From Candidatus Methylomirabilia bacterium (lineage in GTDB: Bacteria; Methylomirabilota; Methylomirabilia; Rokubacteriales; CSP1-6), in the NCBI GenBank assembly GCA_041492755.1, contig JBGPXN010000033.1:1-35877 (forward strand): DNA of 35,877 bases, written 5' to 3'. Of the stretch, positions 16,820-27,127 are shown piece after piece. How positions within the stretch are numbered: position 1 is the first letter of the stretch; every line of letters begins with the position of its first letter. The notes beneath the pieces are model-generated. The model made no database searches, was not told the origin of the DNA, and saw only the letters and a program-made list of their open reading frames with translations. A program made the position numbers and the translations under genes.

Positions 16820-17889
16820 AGCGCCTGGTTCCCGTCTTCGCCGCCCTGCTCCTCGGTGGCTGCGCACTCCCGAGCATGCCGTCGTGGATGCCCCTGATCG
16901 GCAAGAAGGAGGCGCCGCCTCCGCCGCCACCGGCGGCCCCGACCATGCCGCCGTCCATGCTGACCGAAGAGCAGCTCGCCAAGGCGCGCGAGGCGGATCG
17001 GGACGAGAGCATCACGGATCGAGTGGTGGCGGTGGTGAACAACGACGCCATTACACTCGCCGAGCTCCAGGAGGCGATCGCGGCGTATCAGCAGGAGAGC
17101 CGGCAACGGGTGGGCGCCACCGAAGAGCTCCTGAAGCAGTTCCTCGGCAAGCTCATCGACAACCGGCTGCAGATCCAGGAAGCGGACCGGGAGAAGATCG
17201 TCGTCGACGACGTCGAGCTCTCGGAGGAGTTGAGCGAGCGCTTCAAGAAGTTCGGCGCCAAGACCATGGAAGAGTTCGAAGGCATGGTGAAAGCCCAGGG
17301 CATCACCATGGAGACCGTGCGCAAGCGACTCCGCGAGAGCCTCAAGGTCTCCAAGGTCATCCGCCGCAAAGTCGGCCTGCGGGTGTCGGTGACCGATCCC
17401 GAGATCGACGTGTACTTCGACAAGAACCGGGACAAGCTCGAGACCGGCCTGCCCTATCACGCCCGCCACATCCTGGTGGTCCCCCAGAGCGACTCCGAGG
17501 CGGCCTGGGAGGCCGCACGGATCCGCGCCGAGAGAATCGTCAGCTCATTGCGCGACGGCGGTGACTTCGCCGCGCTGGCCCAGCAGTGGTCGCGGGACGC
17601 CAGCGCCCGCGATGGCGGCGACCTCGGGACCCTCAAGCGGGGCGAACTGTCACCGGAGATCGAGACCCAGATCCTGGCTCTGAGCCCGGGGGAGATCTCC
17701 CGCCCCCACCGGTCCTCCCTGGGCTGGCACGTCTTCCGCCTGGAGTCCAAGGACACCCTGGAGGGCGACTCGCTGCAGCGGGCACGCCAGCAAATCCGCG
17801 AGATTCTGTTCCGCGAGAAGTACGAGGCACGGCTCGACACCTGGCTCAAGGAGATCAAGCAGCGCGCGATCATCGAGGTGCGAATGTAA
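16816..17889 (+). CDS. SurA/PrsA-type parvulin peptidyl-prolyl isomerase, predicted lipoprotein
   Basis: Lipobox LGGC; SurA N-domain 'DRVVAVVNNDAIT'; rotamase 'ARHILV..DFAALAQQWSRD..GGDLG..GWHVF'; typical position after mfd. Confidence 0.88.
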   Translation: MKRLVPVFAALLLGGCALPSMPSWMPLIGKKEAPPPPPPAAPTMPPSMLTEEQLAKAREADRDESITDRVVAVVNNDAITLAELQEAIAAYQQESRQRVGATEELLKQFLGKLIDNRLQIQEADREKIVVDDVELSEELSERFKKFGAKTMEEFEGMVKAQGITMETVRKRLRESLKVSKVIRRKVGLRVSVTDPEIDVYFDKNRDKLETGLPYHARHILVVPQSDSEAAWEAARIRAERIVSSLRDGGDFAALAQQWSRDASARDGGDLGTLKRGELSPEIETQILALSPGEISRPHRSSLGWHVFRLESKDTLEGDSLQRARQQIREILFREKYEARLDTWLKEIKQRAIIEVRM

Positions 17890-17899
17890 AGGAAATTCA

Positions 17900-17928
17900 T
17901 TGACAAATCGCCCGCCGAATGCGAGCAT
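17900..17928 (+). promoter_or_regulatory. Putative rho promoter
   Basis: Consensus TTGACA 17900-17905, 17 bp, TG-c-GAGCAT; A-rich sequence upstream. Confidence 0.6.
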
Positions 17929-18026
17929 ACGTGTGTCGTCAGCGTTCCAACCTCGCGGAAATCCTACGTAAAGCCACAATCACTTAACAGCCTGCGGCCT
18001 TCAAGAGCCGCGCCCGGAGCCGTTTG

Positions 18027-19343
18027 ATGAGCGCCCGCCGAGACCGTGGCCAAAGCCAGACAGCGACTGAAGGCAACCAGCCGTCAGGGATGAACCTCTC
18101 CCAACTCAAGGAGAAGGCGATCCCCGACCTGAACGCCATCGCCCGCGAGATGAACGTGCAGAGCGCGGGCGGGTTGCGCAAGCAAGAGCTCATCTTCAAG
18201 ATCCTGCAGGCCCAGGCCGAGAAGGACGGGCTGATCTTCGCGGAAGGCGTGCTGGAAGTGCTGCCCGACGGCTTCGGCTTCCTGCGGGCCCCCGACTACA
18301 ACTACCTGCCGGGCCCTGACGACATCTACGTGTCGCCGTCCCAGATCCGTCGATTCGACCTGCGCACCGGCGACACCGTCTCGGGGCAAGTCCGGCCGCC
18401 CAAGGACTCCGAGCGCTACTTCGCCCTGCTCAAGGTCGAAGCGATCAACTTCGAGACGCCCGAGCAGGCCCGCGACAAGATCCTCTTCGACAACCTCACG
18501 CCGCTCTACCCGATGGAGCGGCTGCGTCTGGAGCACGACCCGGAGGATCTCACCACCCGGGTCATGGACCTGCTCACGCCGGTCGGCAAGGGCCAGCGCG
18601 GGATGATCGTGGCCGCGCCGCGCACCGGCAAGACCATGATGCTGCAACATGTGGCCAACGCCATCGCGGCCAACCACCCGGAGGTCTACCTCATCGTGCT
18701 GCTCATCGACGAGCGGCCGGAGGAGGTGACCGACATGCAGCGCACGGTCCGGGGGGAGGTCATCTCGTCCACCTTCGACGAGCCGCCGCAGCGCCACATC
18801 CAGGTGGCCGACATGGTGATCGAGAAAGCCAAGCGCCTCGTCGAGCACAAGCGCGACGTGGTGGTCCTCCTCGACTCGCTGACCCGCTTCGCCCGGGCTC
18901 ACAACGCCATCATCCCGTCCTCGGGCAAGGTGCTCTCGGGCGGGCTGGATGCCAATGCGCTGCAGCGCCCGCGGCGCTTCTTCGCCGCCGCCCGCAACAT
19001 CGAGGAAGGCGGCTCGCTGACGATCCTGGCCACGGCCATCGTCGACACCGGCAGCCGCATGGACGACGTGATCTTCGAGGAGTTCAAGGGCACCGGCAAC
19101 ATGGAGGTGCACCTGGACCGCCGGCTCATGGACAAGCGAATCTTCCCGACCATCAACATCGAGCAGTCGGGCACCCGCAAGGAAGAGCTGCTCCTCGAGA
19201 AGGACGAGCTCCAGAAAGTCTGGCTCCTGCGCAAGGCCCTCTCCCAGCTGAACCCGGTCGAGGGGATGGAGCTCTTGCTGGACAAGCTCAAGCTGACGAA
19301 GAGCAACAAAGAGTTCCTGGCGTCCATGCACAGCATGGGGTAA
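18027..19343 (+). CDS. rho: Transcription termination factor Rho
   Basis: '[11 protein letters not shown]', 'DGFGFLR', '[12 protein letters not shown]', 'AAPRTGKT', '[12 protein letters not shown]', '[11 protein letters not shown]'; GGAG before ATG 18027 (alternative ATG 18090). Confidence 0.97.
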   Translation: MSARRDRGQSQTATEGNQPSGMNLSQLKEKAIPDLNAIAREMNVQSAGGLRKQELIFKILQAQAEKDGLIFAEGVLEVLPDGFGFLRAPDYNYLPGPDDIYVSPSQIRRFDLRTGDTVSGQVRPPKDSERYFALLKVEAINFETPEQARDKILFDNLTPLYPMERLRLEHDPEDLTTRVMDLLTPVGKGQRGMIVAAPRTGKTMMLQHVANAIAANHPEVYLIVLLIDERPEEVTDMQRTVRGEVISSTFDEPPQRHIQVADMVIEKAKRLVEHKRDVVVLLDSLTRFARAHNAIIPSSGKVLSGGLDANALQRPRRFFAAARNIEEGGSLTILATAIVDTGSRMDDVIFEEFKGTGNMEVHLDRRLMDKRIFPTINIEQSGTRKEELLLEKDELQKVWLLRKALSQLNPVEGMELLLDKLKLTKSNKEFLASMHSMG

Positions 19344-19348
19344 ACCCT

Positions 19349-19374
19349 CGGAGGGGGGCTTTGCCCCCCTTCCG
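19349..19374. repeat. GC palindrome/hairpin after rho (REP-like or terminator without U tail)
   Basis: CGGAGGGGGGC-TTT-GCCCCCCTTCCG: 11 bp with one bulge. Confidence 0.5.
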
Positions 19375-19410
19375 GCGCTCGGACTGGCAATCCGACTCCG
19401 GTACGCGTCT

Positions 19411-19439
19411 TTGCCTTTCTTCATGGCCGCTGGTATTCT
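19411..19439 (+). promoter_or_regulatory. Putative promoter for rpmE-prfA-prmC-his
   Basis: TTGCCT-17 bp-TATTCT with TG extension; strong RBS GAGGAGG follows. Confidence 0.65.
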
Positions 19440-19461
19440 CAGCACTTCGAGGAGGTGGGCC

Positions 19462-19677
19462 GTGAAGGCTGGCATTCATCCGGAGTACGTGGACACGACG
19501 ATCACTTGCGCGTGCGGTGAGATCGTTCGCACCCGCTCGACCAGGCCGGACATCCGGGTGGAAGTTTGCTCGCGGTGTCACCCTTTCTATACCGGCAAGC
19601 AGAAGCTCATCGACACCGCCGGCCGCGTGGAGAGGTTCCAGCGGAAGTACAGGCGCCAGACCCCGGCCGCGGGGTAG
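19462..19677 (+). CDS. rpmE: 50S ribosomal protein L31 (Zn-binding type)
   Basis: 'KAGIHPEY...CACG...[22 protein letters not shown]'; GTG start after GAGGAGG. Confidence 0.96.
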   Translation: MKAGIHPEYVDTTITCACGEIVRTRSTRPDIRVEVCSRCHPFYTGKQKLIDTAGRVERFQRKYRRQTPAAG

Positions 19678-19814
19678 GCTCTCCACCCTTCGCGCGCTCG
19701 CCCCATTGCCGGGCCGCCGCCGGCCTCGCGCCGCGGCGGCCGCGGAGGGCTGCCGGCCGCCCGTACGACTCGCTCCATTCCCTACCGTTCGCTTCCGGGA
19801 GGCGTTGACCCGCG

Positions 19815-20888
19815 ATGCTGTTTGAGAAGCTGCGTCAGATCGAGGGGCGCTCGGAGGAGCTGGCCCGCGCCCTCGCCGACCCGAAGCTCTACGGCTCGCC
19901 CGCCGAGTATGCCCGCCTCCGCAAGGAGCATGCGGACACGCAGGCCATCGTCGAGCGCTTCCGGGAATATCGCGAGGTCCTTCGCCGGCTCGGGGAGACC
20001 CGCGAGCTCCTGAGCGACGACGCCGACGCCGAGCTTCGCGAGCTGGCCCGGGCGGAGATCACCGACCTCGAGGCGCGGCAGGCGACGCTCGAGACCGAGC
20101 TCAAGGGCCTGCTCGTCCCGCGGGATGCCAACGCCGACAAGAACGTCTTCGTGGAAATCCGGGCGGGTGCGGGGGGCGACGAGGCGGGTCTCTTCGCCGC
20201 CGACCTCTCGCGGATGTACACCAAGTACGCGGAGCGTCAGCGCTGGAAGATCGAGATCATGGACGCGAGCCCGACCGGCGTGGGAGGCGTGAAGGAAACC
20301 ATCCTGTCCATCCAGGGCCGTGGCGCCTTCAGCCGGCTCAAGTTCGAGCGCGGCGTGCACCGCGTGCAACGCGTGCCGGTGACCGAATCGAGTGGCCGCA
20401 TCCACACCTCGACCGTCACCGTGGCGGTGATGCCGGAAGCCGAGGACGTCGAGATTCGCGTGGACGAGAAAGATCTTCGCGTCGACGTCTACCGCTCATC
20501 CGGGCCGGGCGGTCAGGGCGTGAACACGACCGACTCGGCTGTCCGCATCACCCACATCCCCACCGGGCTCGTGGTCACCTGCCAGGACGAGCGCTCGCAG
20601 ATCAAGAACCGGGCGAAGGCCATGCGCGTGCTCAAGGCGCGGCTTCTCGAGCGCGCGCAGGAAGAACAGCAGGCGGCCATCGCCGCGGACCGGCGCAGTC
20701 AGGTCGGGACCGGCGAGCGCAGCGAGCGCATCCGGACCTACAACTTCCCGCAGACCCGGGTCACGGATCACCGCATCGGCCTGACCCTCCACCGGCTCCC
20801 CGCGATCATGGAGGGCGACCTCGACGAGATCATCGACGCGCTCATCGCCGCCGAGCAGGCCGAGCGCTTGGAGCAGGTCGCCCCGTGA
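19815..20888 (+). CDS. prfA: Peptide chain release factor 1
   Basis: '[11 protein letters not shown]', RF1 PxT motif 'RVPVTE', GGQ, 'RTYNFPQ'. Confidence 0.97.
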   Translation: MLFEKLRQIEGRSEELARALADPKLYGSPAEYARLRKEHADTQAIVERFREYREVLRRLGETRELLSDDADAELRELARAEITDLEARQATLETELKGLLVPRDANADKNVFVEIRAGAGGDEAGLFAADLSRMYTKYAERQRWKIEIMDASPTGVGGVKETILSIQGRGAFSRLKFERGVHRVQRVPVTESSGRIHTSTVTVAVMPEAEDVEIRVDEKDLRVDVYRSSGPGGQGVNTTDSAVRITHIPTGLVVTCQDERSQIKNRAKAMRVLKARLLERAQEEQQAAIAADRRSQVGTGERSERIRTYNFPQTRVTDHRIGLTLHRLPAIMEGDLDEIIDALIAAEQAERLEQVAP

Positions 20889-21769
20889 CCCGCGCGGTCG
20901 CCGCCGCTCCGCGTTTCCCGCTCGACGCCGCGGTGGCGCGTCTGCTCGCGGCGGGCATCGACACCGCGCGCGCCGACGCCGAGTGGCTGCTGGCGGGGAC
21001 CCTGGGGCTGCGTCGCGGAGACGCGCTCACCGCGCTCGGACGGTTGCTGCCGCCCGCCGTGGTCCGACGCTTCGAAGCGGCGGTCGACCGGCGGGCGCGT
21101 CGCGAGCCGCTGCAACGCATCCTCGGCTGGGAAGACTTCCGCGGTGTCCGAGTCGGCCTCACGCCCGACGTGCTCGTGCCGCGCCCGGAAACCGAATTGC
21201 TCGTCGAGTACGCCCTGGCCCTGCTACCTCCGAGGGGTCACCGTCGACCGACGGTCGTGGACGTCGGAACGGGGTCCGGCTGCATCGCATGCGCGGTCGC
21301 GGTCGAGCGGCCGGACGCTGTCGTCATCGCCATCGACGTTTCGACGGACGCAGCTCGGATTGCGAGACAGAACGCCGCGGCGGCCACCGTGAGTGATCGT
21401 GTGCGGGTGCTGAGTGGTGATCTGCTGGCGCCCGTCGGCGGGTCGATCGACCTCGTGATCGCCAACCTGCCGTACCTGCCGAGCGCGCTCATTCCGACGC
21501 TGGCGCCCGAGGTCACCGATCATGAGCCGCGCCGGGCGCTCGATGGCGGTCCGGATGGATTGTCGCTGATCCGCCGGCTGCTCGCCGACACCCGGCCGCC
21601 GCAGGTCAGAGCCATCGCGCTGGAGACGGCCGGCGCCGAGCAATCGACGGTGGTGGCGGACCTCGCGCGCGCGGCGGGGTTCGCGGACGTGGCCGTGCGC
21701 CGGGACTTCGTGGGCATCGAGCGCTTCGTGACGGCGCGAGTGGAGCTTTTCGGGACGGGGCGCGCGTGA
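20885..21769 (+). CDS. prmC: Release factor glutamine methyltransferase
   Basis: 'REPLQRILG', 'VLVPRPETE', '[10 protein letters not shown]', 'ANLPY', '[13 protein letters not shown]'; follows prfA. Confidence 0.93.
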   Translation: MTRAVAAAPRFPLDAAVARLLAAGIDTARADAEWLLAGTLGLRRGDALTALGRLLPPAVVRRFEAAVDRRARREPLQRILGWEDFRGVRVGLTPDVLVPRPETELLVEYALALLPPRGHRRPTVVDVGTGSGCIACAVAVERPDAVVIAIDVSTDAARIARQNAAAATVSDRVRVLSGDLLAPVGGSIDLVIANLPYLPSALIPTLAPEVTDHEPRRALDGGPDGLSLIRRLLADTRPPQVRAIALETAGAEQSTVVADLARAAGFADVAVRRDFVGIERFVTARVELFGTGRA

Positions 21770-22413
21770 AAGAGCGGCTCACGCTCGCGCTGCCCAAGGG
21801 GCGGCTGCTCGATCCCGCGCTCGACATGCTGCGGGAGCTGGGGGTCGAGGGCGTCGACGCCGAGTCGCGGCGGCTCATCTTCACCGACCCGCGGCGCGGG
21901 CTCCGGCTGTTGCTCCTCAAGCCGGCCGACGTGCCCGCCTACGTGACGTACGGTGCCGCCGACCTCGGCATCGTCGGCAAGGACATCCTGCTCGAGCAGG
22001 CGCCCGACGTGTACGAGCCGCTCGACCTCGGCTTCGGGTTCTGCCGCCTGGTCGTGGCCGAGCCGCGCGAGCTGTGGGAGCGCGACGACCCGTCGAAGTG
22101 GTCCTGGGTGCGGGTGGCCACCAAGTACCCGCGACTGACCGAGCAATACTTCTCGGACCGCGGCATCCAGGTCGAGATCGTCCACCTCGACGGCTCCATC
22201 GAGCTGGCGCCGCTGGTGGGCCTCGCCGAGCGCATCGTCGATCTGGTCCAGTCCGGCGAGACCCTCCGCGCGAACGGGCTGGTCGAAGTCGCGGAGATCG
22301 TCCGCTCGACGGCCCGTCTCATCGTCAACCGTGCGTCGATGAAGACCGAGCACGCCGCGGTCACCGGCCTCATCGACGAGCTGCGCGGGCTCAGGGCGAA
22401 GGTGTCGCGATGA
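21766..22413 (+). CDS. hisG: ATP phosphoribosyltransferase, short form
   Basis: 'ALPKGRL', 'DLGIVGKDILLE', 'VATKYP', 'GSIELAPLVGLA..IVDLVQSGETL'; 215 aa. Confidence 0.95.
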   Translation: MKERLTLALPKGRLLDPALDMLRELGVEGVDAESRRLIFTDPRRGLRLLLLKPADVPAYVTYGAADLGIVGKDILLEQAPDVYEPLDLGFGFCRLVVAEPRELWERDDPSKWSWVRVATKYPRLTEQYFSDRGIQVEIVHLDGSIELAPLVGLAERIVDLVQSGETLRANGLVEVAEIVRSTARLIVNRASMKTEHAAVTGLIDELRGLRAKVSR

Positions 22414-23729
22414 TCCGGCTCTTCGACGTGCCGGCGCAGGCGCTGGACAGCGTCGTCGCGGCGCTGGAGCGACCGCCGGAGAGCGTGTCACCCGAGCAGC
22501 GTCACACCGTCGACCTGATCGTCGAGGCCGTCCGCCAGCGCGGCGACGAGGCGCTGCTCTTCACCACCGAGAAGTACGACGGCTTCAAGGCGAAATCCGC
22601 CCGTGAGCTCGTCATTGCCCGCCATGAGTTCGAGGCGGCCGAGCGCGCGCTGGCGCCCCCGGCGCGCGCGGCCTTGCTCTACGCGGCCGAGCGCATCGAA
22701 CGGTATCACGCCGCCTCGATGCCGAAGTCGTGGCGCATCACGGACGAGCACGGGTCGGTCCTCGGCCAGGAGATCCGGCCGCTCGAGCGCGTGGGCGTCT
22801 ACGTTCCCGGCGGCCGCGCGGCGTATCCGTCCACCGTGCTGATGACGGCGATCCCGGCGCGGGTCGCCGGCGTGCACGACGTCGTGCTGGTCACGCCGCC
22901 CACCGCCGACGGACGCGTCAACGCGACGGTGCTCGCGGCGGCGCAAATCGCCGGCGTTACCGAAGGCTACCGCGTCGGCGGGGCCCAGGCCGTGGCCGCG
23001 CTCGCCTTCGGGACGCCGACCATCCGGCGCGTCGACAAGATCGTGGGACCCGGCAACATCTATGTCGCGCTCGCCAAGCGCCGTGTCTTCGGTGACGTGG
23101 GCATCGACATGGTCGCCGGTCCGAGCGAGGTGGTCGTCATCGCGGATGCGGCGGCCGACGCGGACTGGGTGGCCGCCGATCTGCTGGCCCAGGCCGAGCA
23201 CGACCCGATGGCGCGGGCGGTCCTGATCACGGACGCCGAGCCGTTGCTCCACGCCGTCGCCGCCGCGCTCGAACGCCAGCTCGCGCGGCTGCCGCGCCGG
23301 GCCATCGCCGCCGAGGCGCTCGAAACCCACGGCGCGCTGGTGCGGGTGCCGACGCTGGACGACGCGGTCGACCTGGCCAACCGGCTGGCGCCCGAGCATC
23401 TCGAGCTCCTGGTGCAGGCGCCGCAGCGGCTGCTGGGCCGGGTCCGCCACGCCGGCGCGGTGTTCGTCGGCGGTCAGACGCCCGAGGTCGTGGGCGATTA
23501 CGTGGCCGGGCCGAGCCACGTCTTGCCGACGGCGGGCACCGCGCGCTTCTCGTCCCCGCTGGGCGTCGAGGACTTCGTCAAGCGTGCCAGCGTGATCGAG
23601 TACTCGCGCTCCGGGCTGGCCGCGGCGTGGCCGCATCTGGCCACGCTGACCGAGCTCGAGGGACTGGCCGGTCACGGCCGCGCGGTGGAGGTGCGGATCG
23701 AGTCGAAGGGGAGAGGAGACGGCGCATGA
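22410..23729 (+). CDS. hisD: Histidinol dehydrogenase
   Basis: 'GVYVPGGRAAYPSTVLM', 'GGAQAVAALAFG', 'KIVGPGNIYV', 'IDMVAGPSE', 'QAEHD', 'APEHLE', 'GDYVAGPSHVLPT'. Confidence 0.96.
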   Translation: MIRLFDVPAQALDSVVAALERPPESVSPEQRHTVDLIVEAVRQRGDEALLFTTEKYDGFKAKSARELVIARHEFEAAERALAPPARAALLYAAERIERYHAASMPKSWRITDEHGSVLGQEIRPLERVGVYVPGGRAAYPSTVLMTAIPARVAGVHDVVLVTPPTADGRVNATVLAAAQIAGVTEGYRVGGAQAVAALAFGTPTIRRVDKIVGPGNIYVALAKRRVFGDVGIDMVAGPSEVVVIADAAADADWVAADLLAQAEHDPMARAVLITDAEPLLHAVAAALERQLARLPRRAIAAEALETHGALVRVPTLDDAVDLANRLAPEHLELLVQAPQRLLGRVRHAGAVFVGGQTPEVVGDYVAGPSHVLPTAGTARFSSPLGVEDFVKRASVIEYSRSGLAAAWPHLATLTELEGLAGHGRAVEVRIESKGRGDGA

Positions 23730-24325
23730 GCCTGGAGGCTCGGCAGGCGCGGATCGAGCGGAAGACCAAGGAGACGGACATCCAGCTTGCCCTCAACATC
23801 GACGGGACGGGCAGCTCCAAGGTCGAGACCGGCATCCCGTTCTTCAACCACATGCTCGAAGCCTGGTCCAAGCACGGGCTCATGGACCTTGCCGTCGAGG
23901 CGCACGGCGACCTCGAGGTCGATCTGCACCACACGGTGGAGGACGTGGGGATCGTGCTCGGCAAGGCGTTCCGGGACGCCGTCGGCGACCGCAAGGGCAT
24001 CGTCCGCTACGCGTCGTCCGTGATCCCCATGGACGAAGCGCTCGTCTCGGCGGCGGTCGACATCTCGGGCCGGCCGTTCATCGTCTTCAACGTGCCGCTC
24101 ACCCGTACGCGGATCTCCAACTTCGACCTGGACCTGCTCAAGGACTTCTTCCGCGCGCTCGCGTTCAACGCGGAGCTGAACCTGCACGTGAACATGCACT
24201 ACGGCGAGAACCTGCACCACATCGCCGAAGCGGTGTTCAAGGCGGTGGGGCGGGCGCTCTGCGAGGCGAGCCGGCTGAACCCCCGCATCAGCGGCGTGAT
24301 CCCGTCGACCAAAGGCATGCTGTGA
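23726..24325 (+). CDS. hisB: Imidazoleglycerol-phosphate dehydratase
   Basis: 'RKTKETDI', 'FFNHML', 'GDLEVDLHHTVED', 'PMDEA', 'NLHHIAEAVFKA', 'PSTKG'. Confidence 0.96.
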   Translation: MSLEARQARIERKTKETDIQLALNIDGTGSSKVETGIPFFNHMLEAWSKHGLMDLAVEAHGDLEVDLHHTVEDVGIVLGKAFRDAVGDRKGIVRYASSVIPMDEALVSAAVDISGRPFIVFNVPLTRTRISNFDLDLLKDFFRALAFNAELNLHVNMHYGENLHHIAEAVFKAVGRALCEASRLNPRISGVIPSTKGML

Positions 24326-24939
24326 TCGCCATCATCGACTACGGCCGGGGCAACCTCGGCTCGGTCGAGAAGGCGTTCGAGCGCGTCGGTATTCCCGCGC
24401 TGGTCACGCAGGACGCGCGCGCGGTCGACGAAGCGGAAGCGGTCGTCCTGCCCGGCGACGGCGCGTTCCACGACGCCATGGCGAACCTCGATCGCCTCGG
24501 TCTGATGGCGGCGGTGCGCGGCGCCCTCGACGGTCGCCGGCCGTTTCTCGGCATCTGCCTCGGCTATCAGCTGTTGTTCTCGAGCAGCGAGGAATTCGGC
24601 GAGGGCCGCGGGCTCGACGTCATTCCCGGCGTGGTCCGCCGCTTTCCGCCCGGCCGCAAGGTGCCGCACATGGGCTGGAACGGCGTGGAGCACGGCGGCG
24701 CGCTGCGGCTCTTCGAGGGCATCCCGGAGGGCGCGCACTTCTATTTCGTGCACTCGTACTATCCGGAGCCGGCGAGGGCCGCGCTCCGCCGGGCCTGGTG
24801 CGATTACGGCGTGCGCTTCGCCGCCGCCATCGAGCAGGGCACGATCCACGCGACCCAGTTCCATCCCGAGAAGAGCCAGCGCTGGGGCCTGCGGCTGCTC
24901 GAGAACTTCGCCACCCTCGTGAAAGATGGCCGTTCGTGA
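24322..24939 (+). CDS. hisH: IGP synthase glutamine amidotransferase subunit
   Basis: 'IIDYGRGNLGSV', 'GICLGYQ', 'PHMGWN', 'YFVHSY', 'QFHPEKS'. Confidence 0.96.
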   Translation: MIAIIDYGRGNLGSVEKAFERVGIPALVTQDARAVDEAEAVVLPGDGAFHDAMANLDRLGLMAAVRGALDGRRPFLGICLGYQLLFSSSEEFGEGRGLDVIPGVVRRFPPGRKVPHMGWNGVEHGGALRLFEGIPEGAHFYFVHSYYPEPARAALRRAWCDYGVRFAAAIEQGTIHATQFHPEKSQRWGLRLLENFATLVKDGRS

Positions 24940-25676
24940 TCGTCATCCCCGCCGTCGATCTGCGCGAGGGCCGCTGCGTGCGGCTGCGCGAGGGCCGCGC
25001 CGACAGTGAAACCGTGTTCTCGGACGACCCGGTGGCCATGGCGCGGCACTGGATCGCTCAGGGCGGGGCGCGGCTGCACGTCGTCGATCTCGACGGCGCG
25101 TTCGCGGGCGCGCCGCGCCAGACCGCGCTCGTCGCGCGGATCATCACGGCGGTGGCGCCGGTGCCCGTGGAAGTCGGCGGCGGGCTGCGAGACCGCGCGG
25201 CCGTGGACGCGGTGCTCGCCGCCGGCGCCCGCTGGGCCGTGGTGGGCACGCGGGCGGCGCTCGATCCGTCGTTCCTCGGGGAGATCTGCCGCGCGCATCC
25301 CGGCCGCGTGATCGTGGCCGTCGACGCCCGCGGGGCCCAGGTCGCCGTGAAGGGGTGGACCGAGGTCAGCGCGATCGACCTGTTCGACCTGGGTCGTCGC
25401 GCGGCCGACGCCGGCGCGGCCGCGCTGCTCTACACCGACGTGAGCCGCGACGGCACCGGCGACGGACCGAACCTCGGTGATACGGAGACGCTGGCGCGGA
25501 CCGTGGCGCCGCTCCCCGTGCTGGCCTCGGGCGGCGTGGCCCGCCTCGACGACCTGCGCCGGCTCGCGACGTTGCCCGGCGTGGAAGGCACCGTCGTCGG
25601 CCGCGCGCTCTACACGGGCGCCGTCGACCTGCGCGAGGCGCTCACCGCCATCGACGGCGCCGGGGTTGGCCGCTAG
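24936..25676 (+). CDS. hisA: ProFAR isomerase
   Basis: '[14 protein letters not shown]', 'LHVVDLDGA', 'VGGGLR', 'TDVSRDG', 'ASGGV', 'VGRALY'. Confidence 0.95.
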   Translation: MIVIPAVDLREGRCVRLREGRADSETVFSDDPVAMARHWIAQGGARLHVVDLDGAFAGAPRQTALVARIITAVAPVPVEVGGGLRDRAAVDAVLAAGARWAVVGTRAALDPSFLGEICRAHPGRVIVAVDARGAQVAVKGWTEVSAIDLFDLGRRAADAGAAALLYTDVSRDGTGDGPNLGDTETLARTVAPLPVLASGGVARLDDLRRLATLPGVEGTVVGRALYTGAVDLREALTAIDGAGVGR

Positions 25677-25679
25677 GCG

Positions 25680-26480
25680 ATGCTGGCCAAGCGGATCATC
25701 CCGTGCCTGGACGTCAAGGACGGCCGGGTCGTCAAGGGCGTGCGCTTCGTCGATCTGCGCGATGCCGGCGATCCCGTCGAGGCCGCGCTCGCGTACGATG
25801 CGCAGGGCGCCGACGAGCTCGTCTTCCTCGACATCACCGCGTCCCACGAGAACCGCAAGATCATGCTCGAGGTCGTCGCGCGCACCGCGGTCGGTATCTA
25901 CATGCCGCTGACGGTCGGCGGCGGCATCCGGAGCATCGAGGACGTGCGCGGGCTGCTCCGCGCCGGAGCGGACAAGGTGTCGCTCAACACCGCGGCCCTC
26001 GAACGTCCCGCGCTCATCCGCGAGGCGGCGGAACGGTTCGGCAGCCAGTGCATCGTGGTGGCGATCGACGCCCGCCGCGATCCCGGAGAGGCACCGCCGC
26101 GCTGGGGCGTCCATACCCACGGCGGGCGCCGGCCGGTGGGCCGCGACGCCGTCGCGTGGGCGCGCGAAGCCGTCGGCCTTGGCGCCGGCGAGATCCTGTT
26201 GACCAGCATGGACCGAGACGGCACCAAGGACGGGTACGACCTCGAGCTGACGCGCGCGGTCTCCGAGGCGGTCGAGGTGCCGGTGATCGCCTCCGGGGGG
26301 GCGGGGACCCTCGAGCACTTCCACGAGGCGCTCTCCGATGGCGCCGCCGATGCCGCGCTCGCCGCGTCGCTCTTCCACTTCGGGACGTACACGATCGCCG
26401 AGACGAAGCGGTATCTTCGAGATCGGGGCGTCGAGGTCCGACTCGAGCCATGGCCGGCGCGCCATGACGGCGAGCCGTGA
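25680..26480 (+). CDS. hisF: IGP synthase cyclase subunit
   Basis: '[19 protein letters not shown]', '[13 protein letters not shown]', '[15 protein letters not shown]', 'LAASLFH'. Confidence 0.97.
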   Translation: MLAKRIIPCLDVKDGRVVKGVRFVDLRDAGDPVEAALAYDAQGADELVFLDITASHENRKIMLEVVARTAVGIYMPLTVGGGIRSIEDVRGLLRAGADKVSLNTAALERPALIREAAERFGSQCIVVAIDARRDPGEAPPRWGVHTHGGRRPVGRDAVAWAREAVGLGAGEILLTSMDRDGTKDGYDLELTRAVSEAVEVPVIASGGAGTLEHFHEALSDGAADAALAASLFHFGTYTIAETKRYLRDRGVEVRLEPWPARHDGEP

Positions 26481-26490
26481 GGACCGCGCC

Positions 26491-27123
26491 ATGACGACCG
26501 ACGAGCTGAGGTTCGACGAGCGTGGCCTGCTGCCCGCCGTCGTGCAGGAGGCGGTGACCGGCGAGGTCCTCATGGTCGCCTGGATGAACCGCGAATCGTT
26601 GAGCCTCACGCTCGAGCGCGGCCTCACGCATTTCTGGTCGCGCTCCCGCGAGGCGTTGTGGCGCAAGGGTGAGACGTCGGGCCATGCCCAGCACGTCGAA
26701 GGCGTCTACGCCGATTGCGACGGCGACGTCGTGCTCGTGCAGGTGCACCAGGATGGCGTGGCCTGCCACACCGGCCAACGCACGTGCTTCTTCCGTGGCA
26801 TCCGGGGCGACGCGCCGGCGGCGAACATGCTCGATCGGCTCGAGCGCGTGGTGGCGGCACGGCGGACGGCGGCGCCGGCTGGTTCGTACGTCGGTGGACT
26901 GCTGGCCAAGGGTGAGGCCGCCATCTGCCGCAAGATCGGGGAGGAGGCGACCGAGGTCATCACCGCCGCCCTGGGCGGGGAGGGTGATCGGCGTCTCGTG
27001 GAAGAGGTGGCCGATCTCTGGTTCCATACGATCGTGCTGCTGGGGGCGCGGGGCATCCCGCTCGCCGACGTCCTGGCCGAGCTCGCGCGCCGCCATCGCG
27101 ATCGCCCGGTCCCGGGCCGCTGA
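26491..27123 (+). CDS. hisIE: Bifunctional PR-AMP cyclohydrolase / PR-ATP pyrophosphatase
   Basis: '[15 protein letters not shown]', 'DCDGD', '[10 protein letters not shown]', then 'KIGEEATE', 'EVADLWFH'; GAGGA before ATG 26491. Confidence 0.94.
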   Translation: MTTDELRFDERGLLPAVVQEAVTGEVLMVAWMNRESLSLTLERGLTHFWSRSREALWRKGETSGHAQHVEGVYADCDGDVVLVQVHQDGVACHTGQRTCFFRGIRGDAPAANMLDRLERVVAARRTAAPAGSYVGGLLAKGEAAICRKIGEEATEVITAALGGEGDRRLVEEVADLWFHTIVLLGARGIPLADVLAELARRHRDRPVPGR

Positions 27124-27127
27124 AGGC

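Noticed and set aside
19678..19814. 137-nt GC-rich rpmE-prfA spacer as ncRNA or small ORF
   Set aside because: Only short GC palindromes expected by chance; no recognisable motif or credible ORF.
21461..21476. PrmC motif NLPY instead of NPPY as a sign of inactivation
   Set aside because: NLPY is a common natural variant in PrmC/HemK; other motifs and synteny are intact.
26458..26496. Direct repeat CGCGCCATGACG at the hisF/hisIE junction giving two possible ATGs
   Set aside because: Short 12-bp GC-rich duplication that only affects start choice; no sign of a target-site duplication around an insert.
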